NCBI RefSeq assembly: GCF_018350175.1 | Contig: NC_058368.1 | Location: 211,670,001 to 211,734,000, forward strand | Origin: Felis catus | Lineage: Eukaryota | Length of the DNA: 64,000 nucleotides | Reading direction: 5' to 3' | Shown here: positions 1 to 12,901 of the stretch, one piece after another | How positions within the stretch are numbered: position 1 is the stretch's first letter | Layout: every line of letters starts with the position of its first letter | Notes under the pieces: generated by a model | Databases searched by the model: none | What the model was told of the DNA's origin: nothing | Seen by the model: the letters and a program-made list of their open reading frames with translations, nothing else | Program-made: the position numbers and the translations under genes

Positions 1-1513
1 GTCTTCATCGGTAAGATAAGGACATAGAGTTTAACTTGTGGGGTCTTTTGAGAAGAAGGGAGTGATTTCATACATCTAAAGCAGTCTGTCTCAGTAATCT
101 GGAAGCTAATTAGAAGTTACATGATTCAGGATGCGTTTGGAAAACAGAGCTGACGGTGCTTAGCTACAGGGCTTGGAGTGAAAGAGAAAGGAACCATGGA
201 CGACCATTGGGTTTGGGCACAGAGGTGCTGTTATTTGGACGGGGAAGGCCAAGAGAACACGTCTGGGTGGTGGGCGGGTGGATAGCCCTCTTTTTGGCCA
301 TATTACCCCTATTTTCATTGCCCTTTGTTCTTATTGCCATCACCTCAGTTTAGGGCCTTGTCCCTTTGAGACCAGACTATGGTGGCCGTGTGGCCCCATA
401 GGTGGCCCTGAGTCTAGCCCTCCCTTCTGCACACTGGCCTTCCCGCTGATCTCCTCCTGTGGCTTTTCCTTTTCTTCCTTGAACCCTCCCATCCACCACC
501 ACATCCTCTGCCTAAGCCTGGCCCACCATTCAAGGTAACATCCAAGTACCACCCCCTGCAAAAAGCTCATTTCCTTCTGAATTTTGATACAGAGTAGGGG
601 CATCACTCATTTGGTTTTTAACATGTTGCTCACTTTTTCTTCTAAAAATCTGTTTTTCTTCTGCTGTTCCCGGAACCCTTGCTGATAGAACCCTAAAGAT
701 GGGGACAGCATCGGGCACAGCAAGTTGAGTGTTGGGGGACTTTGATGAGGCAAGGTGGGGATTAGGAGGGGCTCTTAGGGGACAAGAAAAACAAAGGAGA
801 AACTCCATACCCCTCATGGGCGCTTCGGGCTGGCTCTGCACAGCACCTGATTCATGCCAAATTCCACCAACAATGCCAGGCCCATTTCCAAGGGACTAAT
901 ATTACCTATGTTTTTCATTGCTGGTGATAATTTGAGGCCATTTTCCCTGGTGTGTAAACTGTCCACAGTTGGAGGCAGTCAAGCAGCAGCCTTTGAGACA
1001 ACTGGCTACCTGTTCCCATTTCCCTCCAGCCTTGCTCTGGCCTCAGTTATGTTCTGCGGCAGAACGGAGGCAGACCCATCCTTGTGGAGCTCATTTTAGG
1101 CCATCTCCCTGCTTTGTATAGGGCTCAAGCTGCTCTTTTTGGTTCTGGTGGTCCACCCTTGTCTACTGGTAAATTGATATGGTTTATCCCCAGGGCCTAA
1201 CTCAATGTCTCCTCATGGGCCTCTCCATGACCTGAAATCATTTTATTCGTCTCTTCTTTGGGTCAAACTAAGTTTTAAGATTATACATGCCATGACTCAA
1301 ATTGATTTATTGTATTAACCAGCTAGGCACAGAGCAAGGTCCTGGGGGCCCTCCTCTCATCCTCCTCCTTCCTCTCTCTACTTGTGCTTCCCCTGAGATG
1401 CTGCTGCAGAGGTGATCGGCTGCTGGATCCCTCTGGAATTCAGATCCGAGAGAGTTGCAGGGAGGAAAACCCCCTAAGCTCCTCAACTGAGCACCAGCTT
1501 CTCTAACTGCCCC

Positions 1514-1965
1514 TGTGGTAGCCAGAATAATGGCCCCATCTGAAACCCCACAACTTGTGAACCTTACCCTATATGGCAAAAGCGATTTTGCAGAAGTGAT
1601 TAAATAATGGATCTTGAGGTGGACCATTATACTGGATTATCCCGATGGGCCCTAAATGTAATCTATAAGTGTCCTTATTGGAGGAGGGCAGAGGGAAATT
1701 TAATAAAGAAGAGAGGGGGGACAATATGACCATGGAGACAGAGGCGGGGATGATGAGGCCACACGATGAGTCAAGACTTGCTGGCCACCAGAAGTCGGAA
1801 ACAGCAAAGATCGGATTCGCTCCCAGAGCCCTCAGACACCTTGATTTTGGCCCCCTAAGACTGAGTGCAAACTTCTGGTATCCAGAACTATAAGAGAATA
1901 AGTCTGTGTTGTATTGAGCCTCCCAGTTTGTAGGAAGTTGTTAAAGCAGCTGTAGGAAATAAATA
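1514..1965 (+). mobile_element. MaLR solo LTR, MLT1D-like
   Basis: Starts TGTGGTAGCCAGAATAATGGCCCC; contains ATATGGCAAAAGCGATTTTGCAG...GGATTATCC and the typical MLT1 3' end ...GTTAAAGCAGCTGTAGGAAATAAATA. Confidence 0.8.
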
Positions 1966-2081
1966 TGGCTCCTCAGCCCAGCCCAAATCCGGGGCTTCCA
2001 AGAAACCTGCTGCTACCTGAGGGGCCAACATCGTTCATCGGAGTTCTTGTACTCATTGTGGACACTCTTTGGCCAAACAAA

Positions 2082-2205
2082 AACTTCTGCTCTAGGACAG
2101 ATTTATTTTCCCAGAGGATGCCAGCCAGTTCAAAATGGAACATAACTTCTACTCTAGGACAGATTTATTTTCCCGGAGGACGCCAGCCAGTTCAAAATGG
2201 AACAT
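2082..2205. repeat. 62-bp direct tandem duplication
   Basis: 2082-2143 and 2144-2205 align with 3 mismatches. Confidence 0.95.
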
Positions 2206-2351
2206 GGCTGGCAGGTGAGACTGGAGCCAGATTTGCCCCAAGAAATTTTGGCTTGTACTCTTACATCTGAGGAGGCCATTTCCTCCCTTGAGCTCCCTCC
2301 TCGTCCTCTGAGAACATAAGGAAGAACTTCCCAGAAAACAGACCAACTGGC

Positions 2352-2512
2352 CAGAGCTGACTGCATAAATTGCAGGATTCAGTACAAAATGAAAATACAG
2401 AGCCCCATCTTCTAGACTTGTTAAGATTTGAAGATGGTGGCTGCCCGCATGATCCAAGCACGGGGCCTTCTGAGGGCAGGGCCCTGTGAACCCATGAAGA
2501 GGCTGGCTCCTG
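2352..2512 (-). mobile_element. hAT-Tip100 MITE, MER45A-like
   Basis: Reverse strand reads CAGGAGCCAGCC...ACAGGGCCCTGCCCTCAGAAGGCCCCGTGCTTGG...GGGGCTCTGTATTTTCATTTTGTACTG...TTATGCAGTCAGCTCTG, resembling the recalled MER45A consensus. Confidence 0.65.
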
Positions 2513-4500
2513 CCCTTGGCCTCCATTGTATCCTTAGGGGAACTCCCACCTTTGACACCGGTTTGCTTACAGCAGTACATAAATGTTTTTAGAAAAGCCA
2601 TTTCTTTTTGCCTTCTTTTCTCTTTCATGAAGACGCTCTGCTCTCCAACTCACCAGGCCAAAAATAGGGCCCACTTGAAGAGTGAAATGAAACTCTTTCA
2701 GGATCCTGCTGATAACTACAATGTTTTCAAAACAAACAAGAACAGCTATAAAGATAGTTTATGGGCCCATCAAGAAGCCCCAACCACAGCATCAGCCATG
2801 GGACAGAGAGAGTCATTTTAGAGAAACTCTGTAACGCACAAGGTTGGACTTGCCTTTCTTTAGCTCCACGGTGGCCTGAGGCCGCCCTGGGTGCTTCTCA
2901 GAGTGTGCAGGGAAATGGGTGATCCCCAGAGGCTCTGATGGAAAAAGGGGAGTCGTGGGGGTGCCTGTGCAACCACCGGACATGTAAGGTTAGATGGCAG
3001 TTGAGGGGGAAATAATCCTGCGGTGGCTGGTACTGAGCCTGCTCCCCCAACTTTCCCCCCAAATCTCATGCTGCCCACTGGTAGATGGAGAGTAAAGGGA
3101 AACAGACCCCAGCCTGAGACCTTGTCCTTCATGAGAACTTTACAGATCAACCCGATTCGTATCTAGATGGTCCTTTGTGTCCTGGTGACTGTGCCTTCAT
3201 GGACTCAAGACTCCATTACATGGCACTTGCCTTTAGATAACCGATTCTGGTATCCCAGACAGACTGTGAAAACCCAATGGGCGGGAAGCTGAGCTTTTAA
3301 TTTTTTTTTTTTTTTTGGTAAGATTCACCAGTCAATAGAAGAGATATTCAAAATTTATTAACCAATTGGCTGATCAATGGCCCCAGGAGACAACTCCTTA
3401 GAGGTGACAGCTTAATTGCTCAATTTTACCTTTAGCTGTGACAGGAGGTGACCCACAATGACCCTAGTTAGCTTACCTTAAGAAATCCAATGATTCCTAG
3501 AATGTTATAGCTGAAAGGACCTCATTTTTGTAATGAGAAGAAGGTTCTAGATGGTGGCAAGAACCTGGGGAGACTAACCACGCCCCTGCCCCGGCCTCTC
3601 CTCTTGCTTTTTTCTCTCTCTGAAGCTATGATGCCAGCCACTGGGGCTCATGCTAACCTGTTCCAGGTACAAGACTTCCTCTCCCAGCAAAGCCCAGCTT
3701 TCATTATGGCAAATGGGGCACCAGCCTTCTCCAAGTTAAACGCTGTGCCTCCCCTGAATGTATGAGCTGTCAGAGAAGCCAGAAATTCTGGGAAAGGAAG
3801 GGAAGAAGCCATGACGTGCAGGATGAGCTCACAGGCATCACCTTGTGGAGGAAGTCCTGGCCAGGCTGCCTGCCAAGAATATAACTCCTCTGTGACTATC
3901 TGAGGTCATTCGGCATGAGAGGTCACTGACTGCAGATCCATTGATATGGACTTGAATTCTCTTTTGAAAGTACAAGTCTCCGTCAATCTCAGGTTGGAGG
4001 CAAGAGGTCAATCTCATTTTGCCCTTGTGGAGCAACTGAGTTCTGACAGGGTAGGGGAGCACATTTGAAGGTGGGACTCTTTTATGGTATAGGACATGTC
4101 CCTGCGTGTCTTATCGAAGTTCTTACAGTAGCATGAGAGTGCTCAATACCCTGGGGCTAAGAGATGATGGGTAAGAAATAAAAATATTCATCCACTTCAG
4201 AAGTTTATCTTGGCTGGTCCAGCTCTCAGGCAAGGAAGGGGAAGCTCCTTATACTGGAGTATTGGAGTCATTATTTAACCATTGTGACTGCAGTTTCTTG
4301 TCCCTTCAATTCAGCTTGCTGTCTCCTGCCAAGTTTACTCTCCCAACTGGTACTTCATATCACTCCTCTGCTCAAGAATGTACAATGGCTCCCCATGACT
4401 AGTTAAACCAGTTCATTCTCCTGATTAGGTTTTAAAATCATCTGACTCTGATTTACCTTACATTCTGGACCCCATTGGCTAGAATCTAAAACTCAGGGTA

Positions 4501-4719
4501 GGGGCGCCTGGGTGGCTCAGTCGGTTGAGCGTCCGACTTTGGCTCAGGTCATTATCTCACGGTTCGTGAGTTCGAGCCCTGCATCGGGCACTGTGCTGAC
4601 AGCTCAGAGCCTGGAGCTTATTTCGGGTTCTGTGTCTCCCTCTCTCTCTGCTCCTTTCCCACTCGTGCTCTGTCTCTCTCTGTCTCTCTCAAAAATAAAT
4701 AAACATTAAAAAAAATTTT
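4501..4719 (+). mobile_element. Can-SINE (feline SINEC_Fc type)
   Basis: tRNA-like head with A/B boxes, (CT)n, AATAAA and A tail; TSD AAACTCAGGGTA (4489-4500 / 4720-4731). Confidence 0.97.
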
Positions 4720-6129
4720 AAACTCAGGGTAAACTTCACCCAGTACTTTATTCACTGTAAGCATGGGGACCTTTAACTGCTGTAGGTGAATCACCTAAAA
4801 CTCTTGGACACCACTGGTTTTGAGAATGAGTTTGCCAAACATAAAGAATGTGTTTTTAAAAATATATGTAAAAGCACAATCTACTTGAACAGAAAAATTC
4901 TACTTCTCTGGGCACTTTCTTTTTTTACCTCCATTATTTCTTCCTAGCATCATAATAATAGTGGATATTGTCCTTTTCTTGTAACTGAGGTTTGCTGAGG
5001 CCTCTCTTTGTCAGTCCCTGCAAAGTCTTGCTCTATACTTACAATGGGATATGAAATAAAACGTGGTCTTCAGGCAACAGCTCCCTTGTGCCCAAGGCAG
5101 CACCCCTCTGGAGGACCGTAAGGGCCCCAAGATGCCAGACCCCTCTCTCATAAATGGTTAAGTGGGCTGGTCTCCAGCCCCATGTGTCTCACAGCCCCAA
5201 AGCCCCAAAGCCCATGAGAGCTTCTGTTGCATTTTACGTCCCCGGGCTTTTCGCCCACTTGTTCCTGTTTCAAGTCTGGGCCTAGGCATCCTCTGAAAAC
5301 TCATTTCTTTTACGAAACAAAGAATAAACCCCAGTGAAGGCAACACTTTCAGCAAAGTCCCCACATTGCAACCTTGAAGAGAGCCAGGGAGGGGGCAGGG
5401 GAAAGGGAGAGAGAGGAGAAAAAAGGAAGGCAAGTAGGGAAACAGGATCTAAAAACTTAGTTTTAATGCCAAGGAGCCTCTTAGAGAATTTTGGCCCTAT
5501 GAGCCAGGGACACCTTTTTGATGAGTCAGCCACCTTTTGACCATAAAGGCAATATATTTCTGTACATTAGCTTTTTTTAATCTGGTAAGATGCCGTGTAC
5601 GAGATCAGCGGTCCAGGGCACTCATGCTGAAAATGAACCCAAAGGCCTCCCACGAGTGCTGCATCTCAGGATGGGGCATCTGTGTGACAGTTAAGGCGTG
5701 GGACTTACGAGGAACTCTGCGGCTGGCTTAAGTAGACACAGGCCTCTCAGCCTAGTGGGGGACTGACCGCAAGAGCGTCCGGAAGAGGGGCTGGCCTTCG
5801 CCCTCGCATGAACCCTCTGCCTGCTGTTCCACCCACACGGCCTCATTCTTTTGCACTTAGAAAGCATTTTGGGTACTTGAGAGCTCCAGATGAACATTCT
5901 CTCAATCGTGTTCGGGACCACATTTTACAGGCTTAATCAAGCAATGCCTATACTTTTAGTTTATGTTTCAGGAATGGTTTTCAGAAAAGGGTTACCCTAA
6001 TCAGGGTAGTGTCTGGGGTGGGAGGAATTGGGGCACCTAAGAGAAGGACAAAAAGGGGTTGCAGATGAGGATGAGAGAAGAAAGATGTGCTGTTGATGGG
6101 CAGGAGGACCAGGGATGAGGCCTCCTGCT

Positions 6130-6885
6130 ATGAGGGCCTTAAATTTACTTGTGCCATGGAACCCGTGGCGGCCTTGTGAAGCCTATGGTCCCTTTGTCAG
6201 AATAAGATTCCTTTTGTTTTAATGTTTATTTATTTATTTTGAGAGAGAGAGAGAGAGATCATGAGCATGAGTGGGGAGGGGCAGAAAGAGAGGGAGATTT
6301 GGAATCCCAGGGAGGCTCTGTGCTGACCACACAGAACCCAACGTGGGGCTTGATCCCATGACCCTGAGATCATGACCTGAGCTGAAACCAAGGGTTGGGA
6401 ACTTACCAGACTGAGCCACCAGTCACCTCAGAATAAGATGCCTAAACACATAAAGTAAAATTCATGGGGTTACAAAGCAGACCACAATTATTTCGAAATA
6501 GTTATCTACCTGCTTAAAAAACAAATTTGTGACATAATAACATAGGTGCTTCTTTGCTAATGCATTAAATCAGATCTAGTGGTGAGCCTATTAATTATCT
6601 TATTTTAGAAGTAATGATGTTAGTAAATGCTATTTCAAGATATCAGTAGCAACTATCGTTTGTTATGAAAATATCTTCAATTTAACTGGTAAAAAAAAAA
6701 GTTCTAGGGATTATTGTGAGTCCTGTCACTTGCCAATCTTTATAATGAAAGGAAATGCTAAATATCCATTTGAGGCTAGTGAAAATAAAGTTGTAACTTT
6801 TTTCCATCTAACTGCATGAAAATGCTGAATTATCTCTGCGAAACACTGTGGTTCTATCAGCCTCTCAATAAAAAACTTCCCTGTA
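6130..6885 (+). mobile_element. hAT-Charlie non-autonomous DNA transposon (MER119-like), interrupted by a SINE
   Basis: TGTGCCATGGAACCC...GTGAAGCCTATGGTCCC...TCAGAATAA motif and AT-rich body typical of this MER group; subfamily from recall only. Confidence 0.5.
6213..6427 (-). mobile_element. Can-SINE
   Basis: Reverse-strand SINE with (GA)n; TSD TCAGAATAAGAT(T/G)CCT. Confidence 0.95.
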
Positions 6886-7639
6886 GAGGTTCCAATTATC
6901 TGGGCAAACCCAGCGGGGAAAAGGAGGATTGGGTCCTTAGACCCTGTAAATCACACAGGCAGCTTGGCTGACATTTGCTAATTGCTGTAAATGAAAAGCT
7001 TGGGCAGAGGTTTCTCATTTAATTTCTCATGTTAGCTTTATAAAAATCATTACTTAAAATTCATTAAATGTGCCCACGACTTGCACACAACTGAATTCAC
7101 TAAAAGGGTTGTTAATTAAGAAGCTGCCAAAGAAGAGGAACGGGGGTCGTTGGTGCATCCGTGTGGTGTTCGAAAGATCCTGTCTGCTGTTCTTTAAGTG
7201 GTTCGCTTTGAGCTCATCTCCCGCTGCCTTGGAGACGGATGTTTGGACGCTGGCAGTCTTCCTAAAGTGTTTCATCAGGACATTGCTTTCCTGTGGATGT
7301 GGAGGGAGGTGGAGCCAAACTACCACGGAGGGCAAAAGGCTCCTATTGGGGCAGCTTTCTTCTCATACTGTTTTTGCTCCCCTGTTTTGGGTTCTTCCAA
7401 CTCTTTAATTCCTCAGGTCAGCTCTGCAAACCACCTGACTCCACGCACCTATAAATGGTCCCAGGGAAGGGAGCGGAGCCAGGTAGAGTTCTGTTGGCTG
7501 CACTAAGTCTTGAAGCTGATGGTCATTGCTCCAGAGTTACCAAGGCAACTTGCTCCTGCTGACCCTGCTGGTGGCAGAGAAGGGCACAAAGAGAGGAGAT
7601 CTGTTGCCTCCCTTTAAGAAAACTCCTGTTGAGAACGTA

Positions 7640-8290
7640 TTGAGCTATATGAGTTCCTAATGTATTTTGGATGTTAACCTCTTATCAGAGAGGTGGTGTG
7701 CAAATATTTTCTTCCATGCTGTAGGTTGCCTTTTCATTTTGTTGATTGTTTCTGCTGCTTTGCAGAAGCTTTTTAGTTCTATGTGGTCCACTTGCCGATT
7801 TTTGCTTTTGTTGCTTGTGCTTTCGGTAACGTATCCAAAAAATCATTGCCAAGACCAATGTCAAGGAAGTTTTCTTCTAGGAAAAAACTTCCTTCTAGGG
7901 GTTTTATGGTTTCAGTTCTTACATTTAAGTCTTTCATCCATTTCAAATTATTTGTGAGTGGTGTAAGACAAGAGTCTGGTTTCATTCTTTTGTGTGTGAT
8001 TATCCAATTTTTCCAGCACCATTTATTGAAGAGACGGTCTTTTCTCCATTGAGTATTCTTGGCTCCCTTGTCAAATATTAGTTGACCACATATGAAAGGT
8101 TTATTTCTAGGTTTTCGATTCTGTTCCACTGGTCTATTTCCTTGCTTTTATGTCAGTACGAGACTGTTTTGATTATTGGGGCTTTGTAACATAGTTTGAA
8201 AAAAGGAAGTGTGATGTCTCCAGCTTTGTTCCTCTCTCTCAGGATTGCTTTGTGTATTTGGGGTCTTTTGTGGTTTGTTATGAATTTGAT
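7640..8290 (-). mobile_element. Older L1 fragment (ORF2 3' region)
   Basis: Minus-strand translation GQLIFDKGAKNTQWRKDRLFNKWCW...KWMKDLNVR...PKAQATKAKIGKW is L1 ORF2; frameshifted. Confidence 0.93.
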
Positions 8291-8553
8291 AAACAGCGTA
8301 CCACAGCCACTGATTCCAAGACCTATAACAAAATCTAACATTTGATTGTCCACAAGTAAAAGATCAAGCACTGCTGTCTTTATATATTGCCTTATTGAAT
8401 CTTTCATTTAACATCTAAGAAGTGGATGTTATTACTCATATTTTATGAAGGAAAATAAACATAATTGCCAAAGTAAAGGAGGTGGAACTTAAATCTATGT
8501 GGACAGGCTTAGTACATTATGGAAGGATTCTTATGTTTACATGACAACCTTCC

Positions 8554-8741
8554 TTTTTTTGAGGGGGGGACAGTGTGTGTGAGTGGGGGAGGGTCAAAGG
8601 GAGAGGAAGAGAAAGGAACCCAAGCAAGCTCCACACTCAGCTCGGGGCCTGACGTGGGGTTCAATCTCACGACCTTGACATCATGACCTGAACTGATATC
8701 AAGAGATGGTCCCTTAACAGATAGAGCCACCTGGGTGCCCC
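8554..8741 (-). mobile_element. Can-SINE (diverged)
   Basis: Reverse SINE head ...GAGCCACCTGGGTGCCCC; TSD CAACCTTCCTTTTT. Confidence 0.9.
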
Positions 8742-9065
8742 TTCAACCTTCCTTTTTAAAAATGAAAAGCAGTGTCCCTCATACTTTTAAAAGTTTATTT
8801 ATATGAGTTTCCATAAATTATTTTCTGAATTGTGCCACCTAGGATTGATTAGGGCTTAGCATAAATGGTAGACCCAGGGATTGACCCAAAGTAGGCTAGC
8901 TTGGAGAGTGTAAATATAATTCTTCAGGAAAGCAAAAAACAAAACAAAACAAAAACAAACCCATAATGAATGTCAGACACACACCCATCTCTTTGTCTTT
9001 CAGTGTTATGGATTCAGTCTGAAAGGTGTGTAACTCCTCAAAGCCTGCTTCTACTAACATTATGG

Positions 9066-9289
9066 TAACCAGGCTGAAATCAAAGTGTCAGCGGGCCACA
9101 CTACCTGTGGCAGCTCCAGAAGAGAATCTGTCCCTTCCTTCCACCTTCTGGTGACTGTGGCTACCTCCCTCCAAACTTTCTCTGTGGTCACATTGCCTTT
9201 CTATGTTTGTCAAATCTTCTGCCTCTGTCTTCTAAGGACACTTGTGATTGCATTTAAGGATCTTCCAAATAATTCAGGGCAATCTCCCA
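9066..9289 (-). mobile_element. MLT1 LTR fragment
   Basis: ATCAAAGTGTCAGCGGGCCACAC...AAGGACACTTGTGATTGCATTTA...ATAATTCAGGGCAATCTCCC are MLT1C/D-type motifs. Confidence 0.7.
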
Positions 9290-9484
9290 ACAAGAAACCC
9301 TTAGTAATAGAGAATAAACTATGGGTTACTGGAGGGGAGTGTGGGTGGCGAATGGGATAGATGGTGATGGGTACTAAGGAGGGCACTTGTGATGAGCACT
9401 GGGTGTTGTATGTAAGTGATGAATCACTGAATTCTTCTGAAAATGATATTGCACTGTATGTTAACTAAAATTTAAATTCAAAAG
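9290..9484 (+). mobile_element. Carnivore L1 3' UTR fragment
   Basis: GATGGGTACTAAGGAGGGCACTTGTGATGAGCACTGGGTGTTGTATG matches the 3' UTR motif of the young L1 at 16.7 kb. Confidence 0.85.
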
Positions 9485-9756
9485 GGGGGGGGAATAAAAG
9501 CTTATTTACAGGTCATAAACAATTAGAAAGGCTAAATATAAAGGAGCTTAAAGTTAAAATTGTAAGAAGTGTTCGTCCTCAAATCTGAAGGAAGAACTTC
9601 CTGGGAAGGCAATCTGTTGTTCAAAATCATTTGCATTTGACTTTTCAGGCAAAGCTCCATGATGCAAAGTCAGGTAAAGTGATTAACAGTCTCCTTTCCC
9701 AATGCCAGGACGCACTCAGCATTAAATATTTTATCTAACCAAACAACCACCTTTTA

Positions 9757-10323
9757 TCAAATAACAGATGAGCAGCCAAGTTCAGTTTGAAATCTAGTTT
9801 TTAGTTTTCTCAGCAATTCCCAAACCACTTTTGAAATCCAGAACAGACATAAATCAAGGCACCACATCCTCATTGTCACCTTTGTCATCTTGTCATTGTC
9901 AGGAGATGTAGTGATCCTGGAGCCTGTAGCGTCTCCTCCTTTAATGCAGCTGGCCAGCTGGTCAACTGGCCCAGAGTGTGACCACCTGTCATTTGCTGCA
10001 TCAGGCAAAGAGCACTGAATTTGATACCCGGATCTGCTCGGTGATCTCAAAGAAATCACTTATTAACCTCTTTGACTCAAAGTTTTCTCCAGTTGTAATG
10101 AAATTCGCCTTGCCTGTTGCATAAGGTCATCATGAGGATTTCTCAAGGCATCTATGAGGAAGCGCTGGTTGGATTGCAGTGTTCTGCACAAATGCTCCAT
10201 GTTGTTCGAGTGTCCCCATAAGCCCTGAAGAGCATTGCTCCTTATAGAAAAAGCTTCAGTGAATTCTGTCTCCAAAGGGGTCATGCTACAACTGTCTTCC
10301 TTCTCAGTTGCCAGCTGACCCAC
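9757..10323 (-). pseudogene. Possible decayed coding sequence / processed pseudogene fragment, parent not recognised
   Basis: ORFs 10063-10323 and 9757-10059 are in the same frame, separated only by TAA TAA; protein-like composition; no repeat family recognised. Confidence 0.4.
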
Positions 10324-10494
10324 TCACCACTCACATTAGTTTATACAAATTTATATGGTTATTTATCTTGTTAAAGTTTCCACTATAAGTTGGCAAGTAC
10401 CTTTGGGGCGGAAGCTTTGCCTGGGTAATTTTTTGTCCCTAACGCATCCGATGGCCCCTATAAGCAAAAAGCACTCAGAAAATACAGGCAGCTG

Positions 10495-10645
10495 GTAACG
10501 TTTATTGAGCACAAACCATGTGCCAAGAACGGTTCCAAGCACTCCACATTGATTATTGAACGTGATCTTCACAACAAATCTTTGAAGTAAGGACTATTAT
10601 CACCCCGTTTTAAAGGTGAGGAGTCAGAGGTAAGGAGAGGGAAGA
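10495..10645 (-). mobile_element. MIR
   Basis: TTTATTGAGCAC...ATGTGCCAAG...TCTTCACAACAA...ACTATTATCACCCCGTTTTA...GAGGA core. Confidence 0.8.
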
Positions 10646-10812
10646 GACTCATAAGGTGAGAGGCTGGGCTCACAGGAGCACAAGGAGGCTATTACTGAGA
10701 GCAGGAGTCTAAACCACCCTGCTTCTGAAATACATGCTCAAGATGAGCCCCGTGGGTAGGAATGAAGAGAGCTTCTGCAGTTCCCCAACCATGCCTACAG
10801 CCCATTCCCTTC

Positions 10813-11096
10813 TGTGCTAGGCTGACAGTGGCCCCTCAACCCCAAATTCACACACCCTGAACTTCAGAATGGAAATAGGGTGTAGATCCCAGGTATGCTG
10901 AGGATTGCCAGCAAACCAGCAGAACCTAGGCAAGAGGCGTTGAACGACTTCACTCCCAGAGCACCCAGAAGGAACCAAGGTTCCTAACATTGTGATTTTG
11001 GACTTATGGCCTACAGAACTGGACAAATACATTTCCACTGTTTTAAGCCACCCAGTCTGTGACGCTTTGTTACAGAGGCCCTAGGAAACCAATACA
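10813..11096 (+). mobile_element. MLT1 LTR (MLT1B/C-like, internally deleted)
   Basis: Ends TTTTAAGCCACCCAGTCTGTG...TTTGTTACAGAGGCCCTAGGAAACCAATACA. Confidence 0.75.
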
Positions 11097-12254
11097 TTTT
11101 CTTGCTCTTTCTCTCCCTTCCTGTGAAGTGAAGGAAAGTATTGCACAGATGACTCAAAAACCCAAGAATCCAAGGCTTTGGGGGCTTTGTTTTGTATTAG
11201 TTCCTTTCCTTTTTCTCTGATTAAACTTCAAAGAAAACCAGCCCACTCAGATTAAGGAACAGTGAGATTGTCTCGTGGGTCATTATCTCTTGGTAAAGTA
11301 AAACCAGTCCCAAAAGGTTGACTGCTTGAACAGCCCATATTCATTAATCAACCAATAATGCTGCAAAGCATAAACAGGCGGTTCCTTCTGCCTCTTTGTT
11401 GGGGACAGGGTGGTTGGAGAGAGGTCATCCCAGCCCAAGAATTCGAAGTGGTCTGTGAAAAAACTGACAAATTATAATTTCAAACGTCTGCTCTGATGCT
11501 TATGGGTGGAGTCCTGGATCCAACAGCCTGTTCAACTGACTGTTGGCAAAGTTATATGCTGGAGGCTAAGCTTAGGAAGAGGCTTGAGGTTGCTCAATTT
11601 CTTGGCATGACTGAAAATAAGAAATTTCACTTAGAGATATTGAGGGGCAGGGAAACAGCAGAGGCCCAGACAGTACTCAGAGAGGCTGCTCTGCAGACAT
11701 CCTTGGTTGGTGGTCTTGACCAAAGGTTTTTAAAGGAGAGGCATGGCTGGTGTTTCTTCAAGTTTACATTGTGCTGTGTGAGACTAGGACATAACTGATC
11801 ACTCCCTTTCCCTTCAAACTTTCAGAAAAAGTTTCCTGAATACACAACCTTGTATTAATTGTGCTTTTGGGAAAAGACATTGTGCCTCAGAGGCACAATG
11901 GGAGATGTTATATAGAAAAGAGATGTACTCAAGGAGAAACACAGGAGAAGGAGTAGAATTCAGAGCAATCAGGAACCATCAGCCTTTCCTACCTCTCATC
12001 TTCCCACATCTCTTCCCACTGTTTGTGAGATTGCAGTTTAAGTCCATCTTGAATAAATCCTAAAGGGTGCTGAAGCCAGGAAAGCTAGGGGTCTTGAAGG
12101 ACCACCATCAGGCTACTGACACCTAGGTCTCACCTCTACTGAGGGCCAACTATGGAGAAGGTGCCTAGGGACACAAAGTCTCATGGGACCTATGAGCTTA
12201 TAACACTGAGAGGCAAAAACCAGGTTAACTGTAATAGGAATGCCTTAATAAGAG

Positions 12255-12388
12255 AACAAACAAGGAGTTTCATGGCTTCAGAAAGAAGAAAGCTAAAATT
12301 CCAACAGATAGAATAGAGGAGTATGTGTGTGTGTGTGTGTGTGTATGGGTGGGTGTGTGGGTGTGTGAGTGTCCCACTTATCCACACA

Positions 12389-12421
<33 letters not shown>

Positions 12422-12527
12422 CTCTATTCTACCTGTTGGAATTTTAGCTTACATACTGACTTTATACCCTTGATCACTCTGGGCAGAAGTGCTCTTTTTC
12501 TTCTTTCTGAAGCCATGAAACTCTTTG

Positions 12528-12533
<6 letters not shown>
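12255..12533. repeat. Inverted duplication / long hairpin around (GT)n and (CA)n tracts
   Basis: 12255-12291 pairs with 12497-12533 (2 mismatches); 12290-12319 pairs with 12421-12450 (1 mismatch); GT tract faces CA tract. Confidence 0.93.
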
Positions 12534-12802
<269 letters not shown>

Positions 12803-12901
12803 GCAACCTAGGACATGGGGGCTGCAGAAGGAGCTCTGACAGACCTGTAGTGGGGAGAAAGGATCAGGACTTGAGCATTTCCTAGAGGGGCCCTTAGGGT
12901 C

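Noticed and set aside
3838..4062. Possible minus-strand internal exon (CTGTCAG acceptor, AG|GTGATG donor)
   Set aside because: Weak splice signals, unrecognised peptide, no supporting neighbours.
4501..4590. tRNA genes at SINE heads
   Set aside because: A/B boxes belong to tRNA-derived SINEs followed by (CT)n, A tail and TSD; no complete tRNA.
4512..4709. Recurrent short ORFs of type MAQSV(K/E)RPT(S/L)AQVMIS... seen many times in the ORF track
   Set aside because: Translations of Can-SINE sequence, not a gene family.
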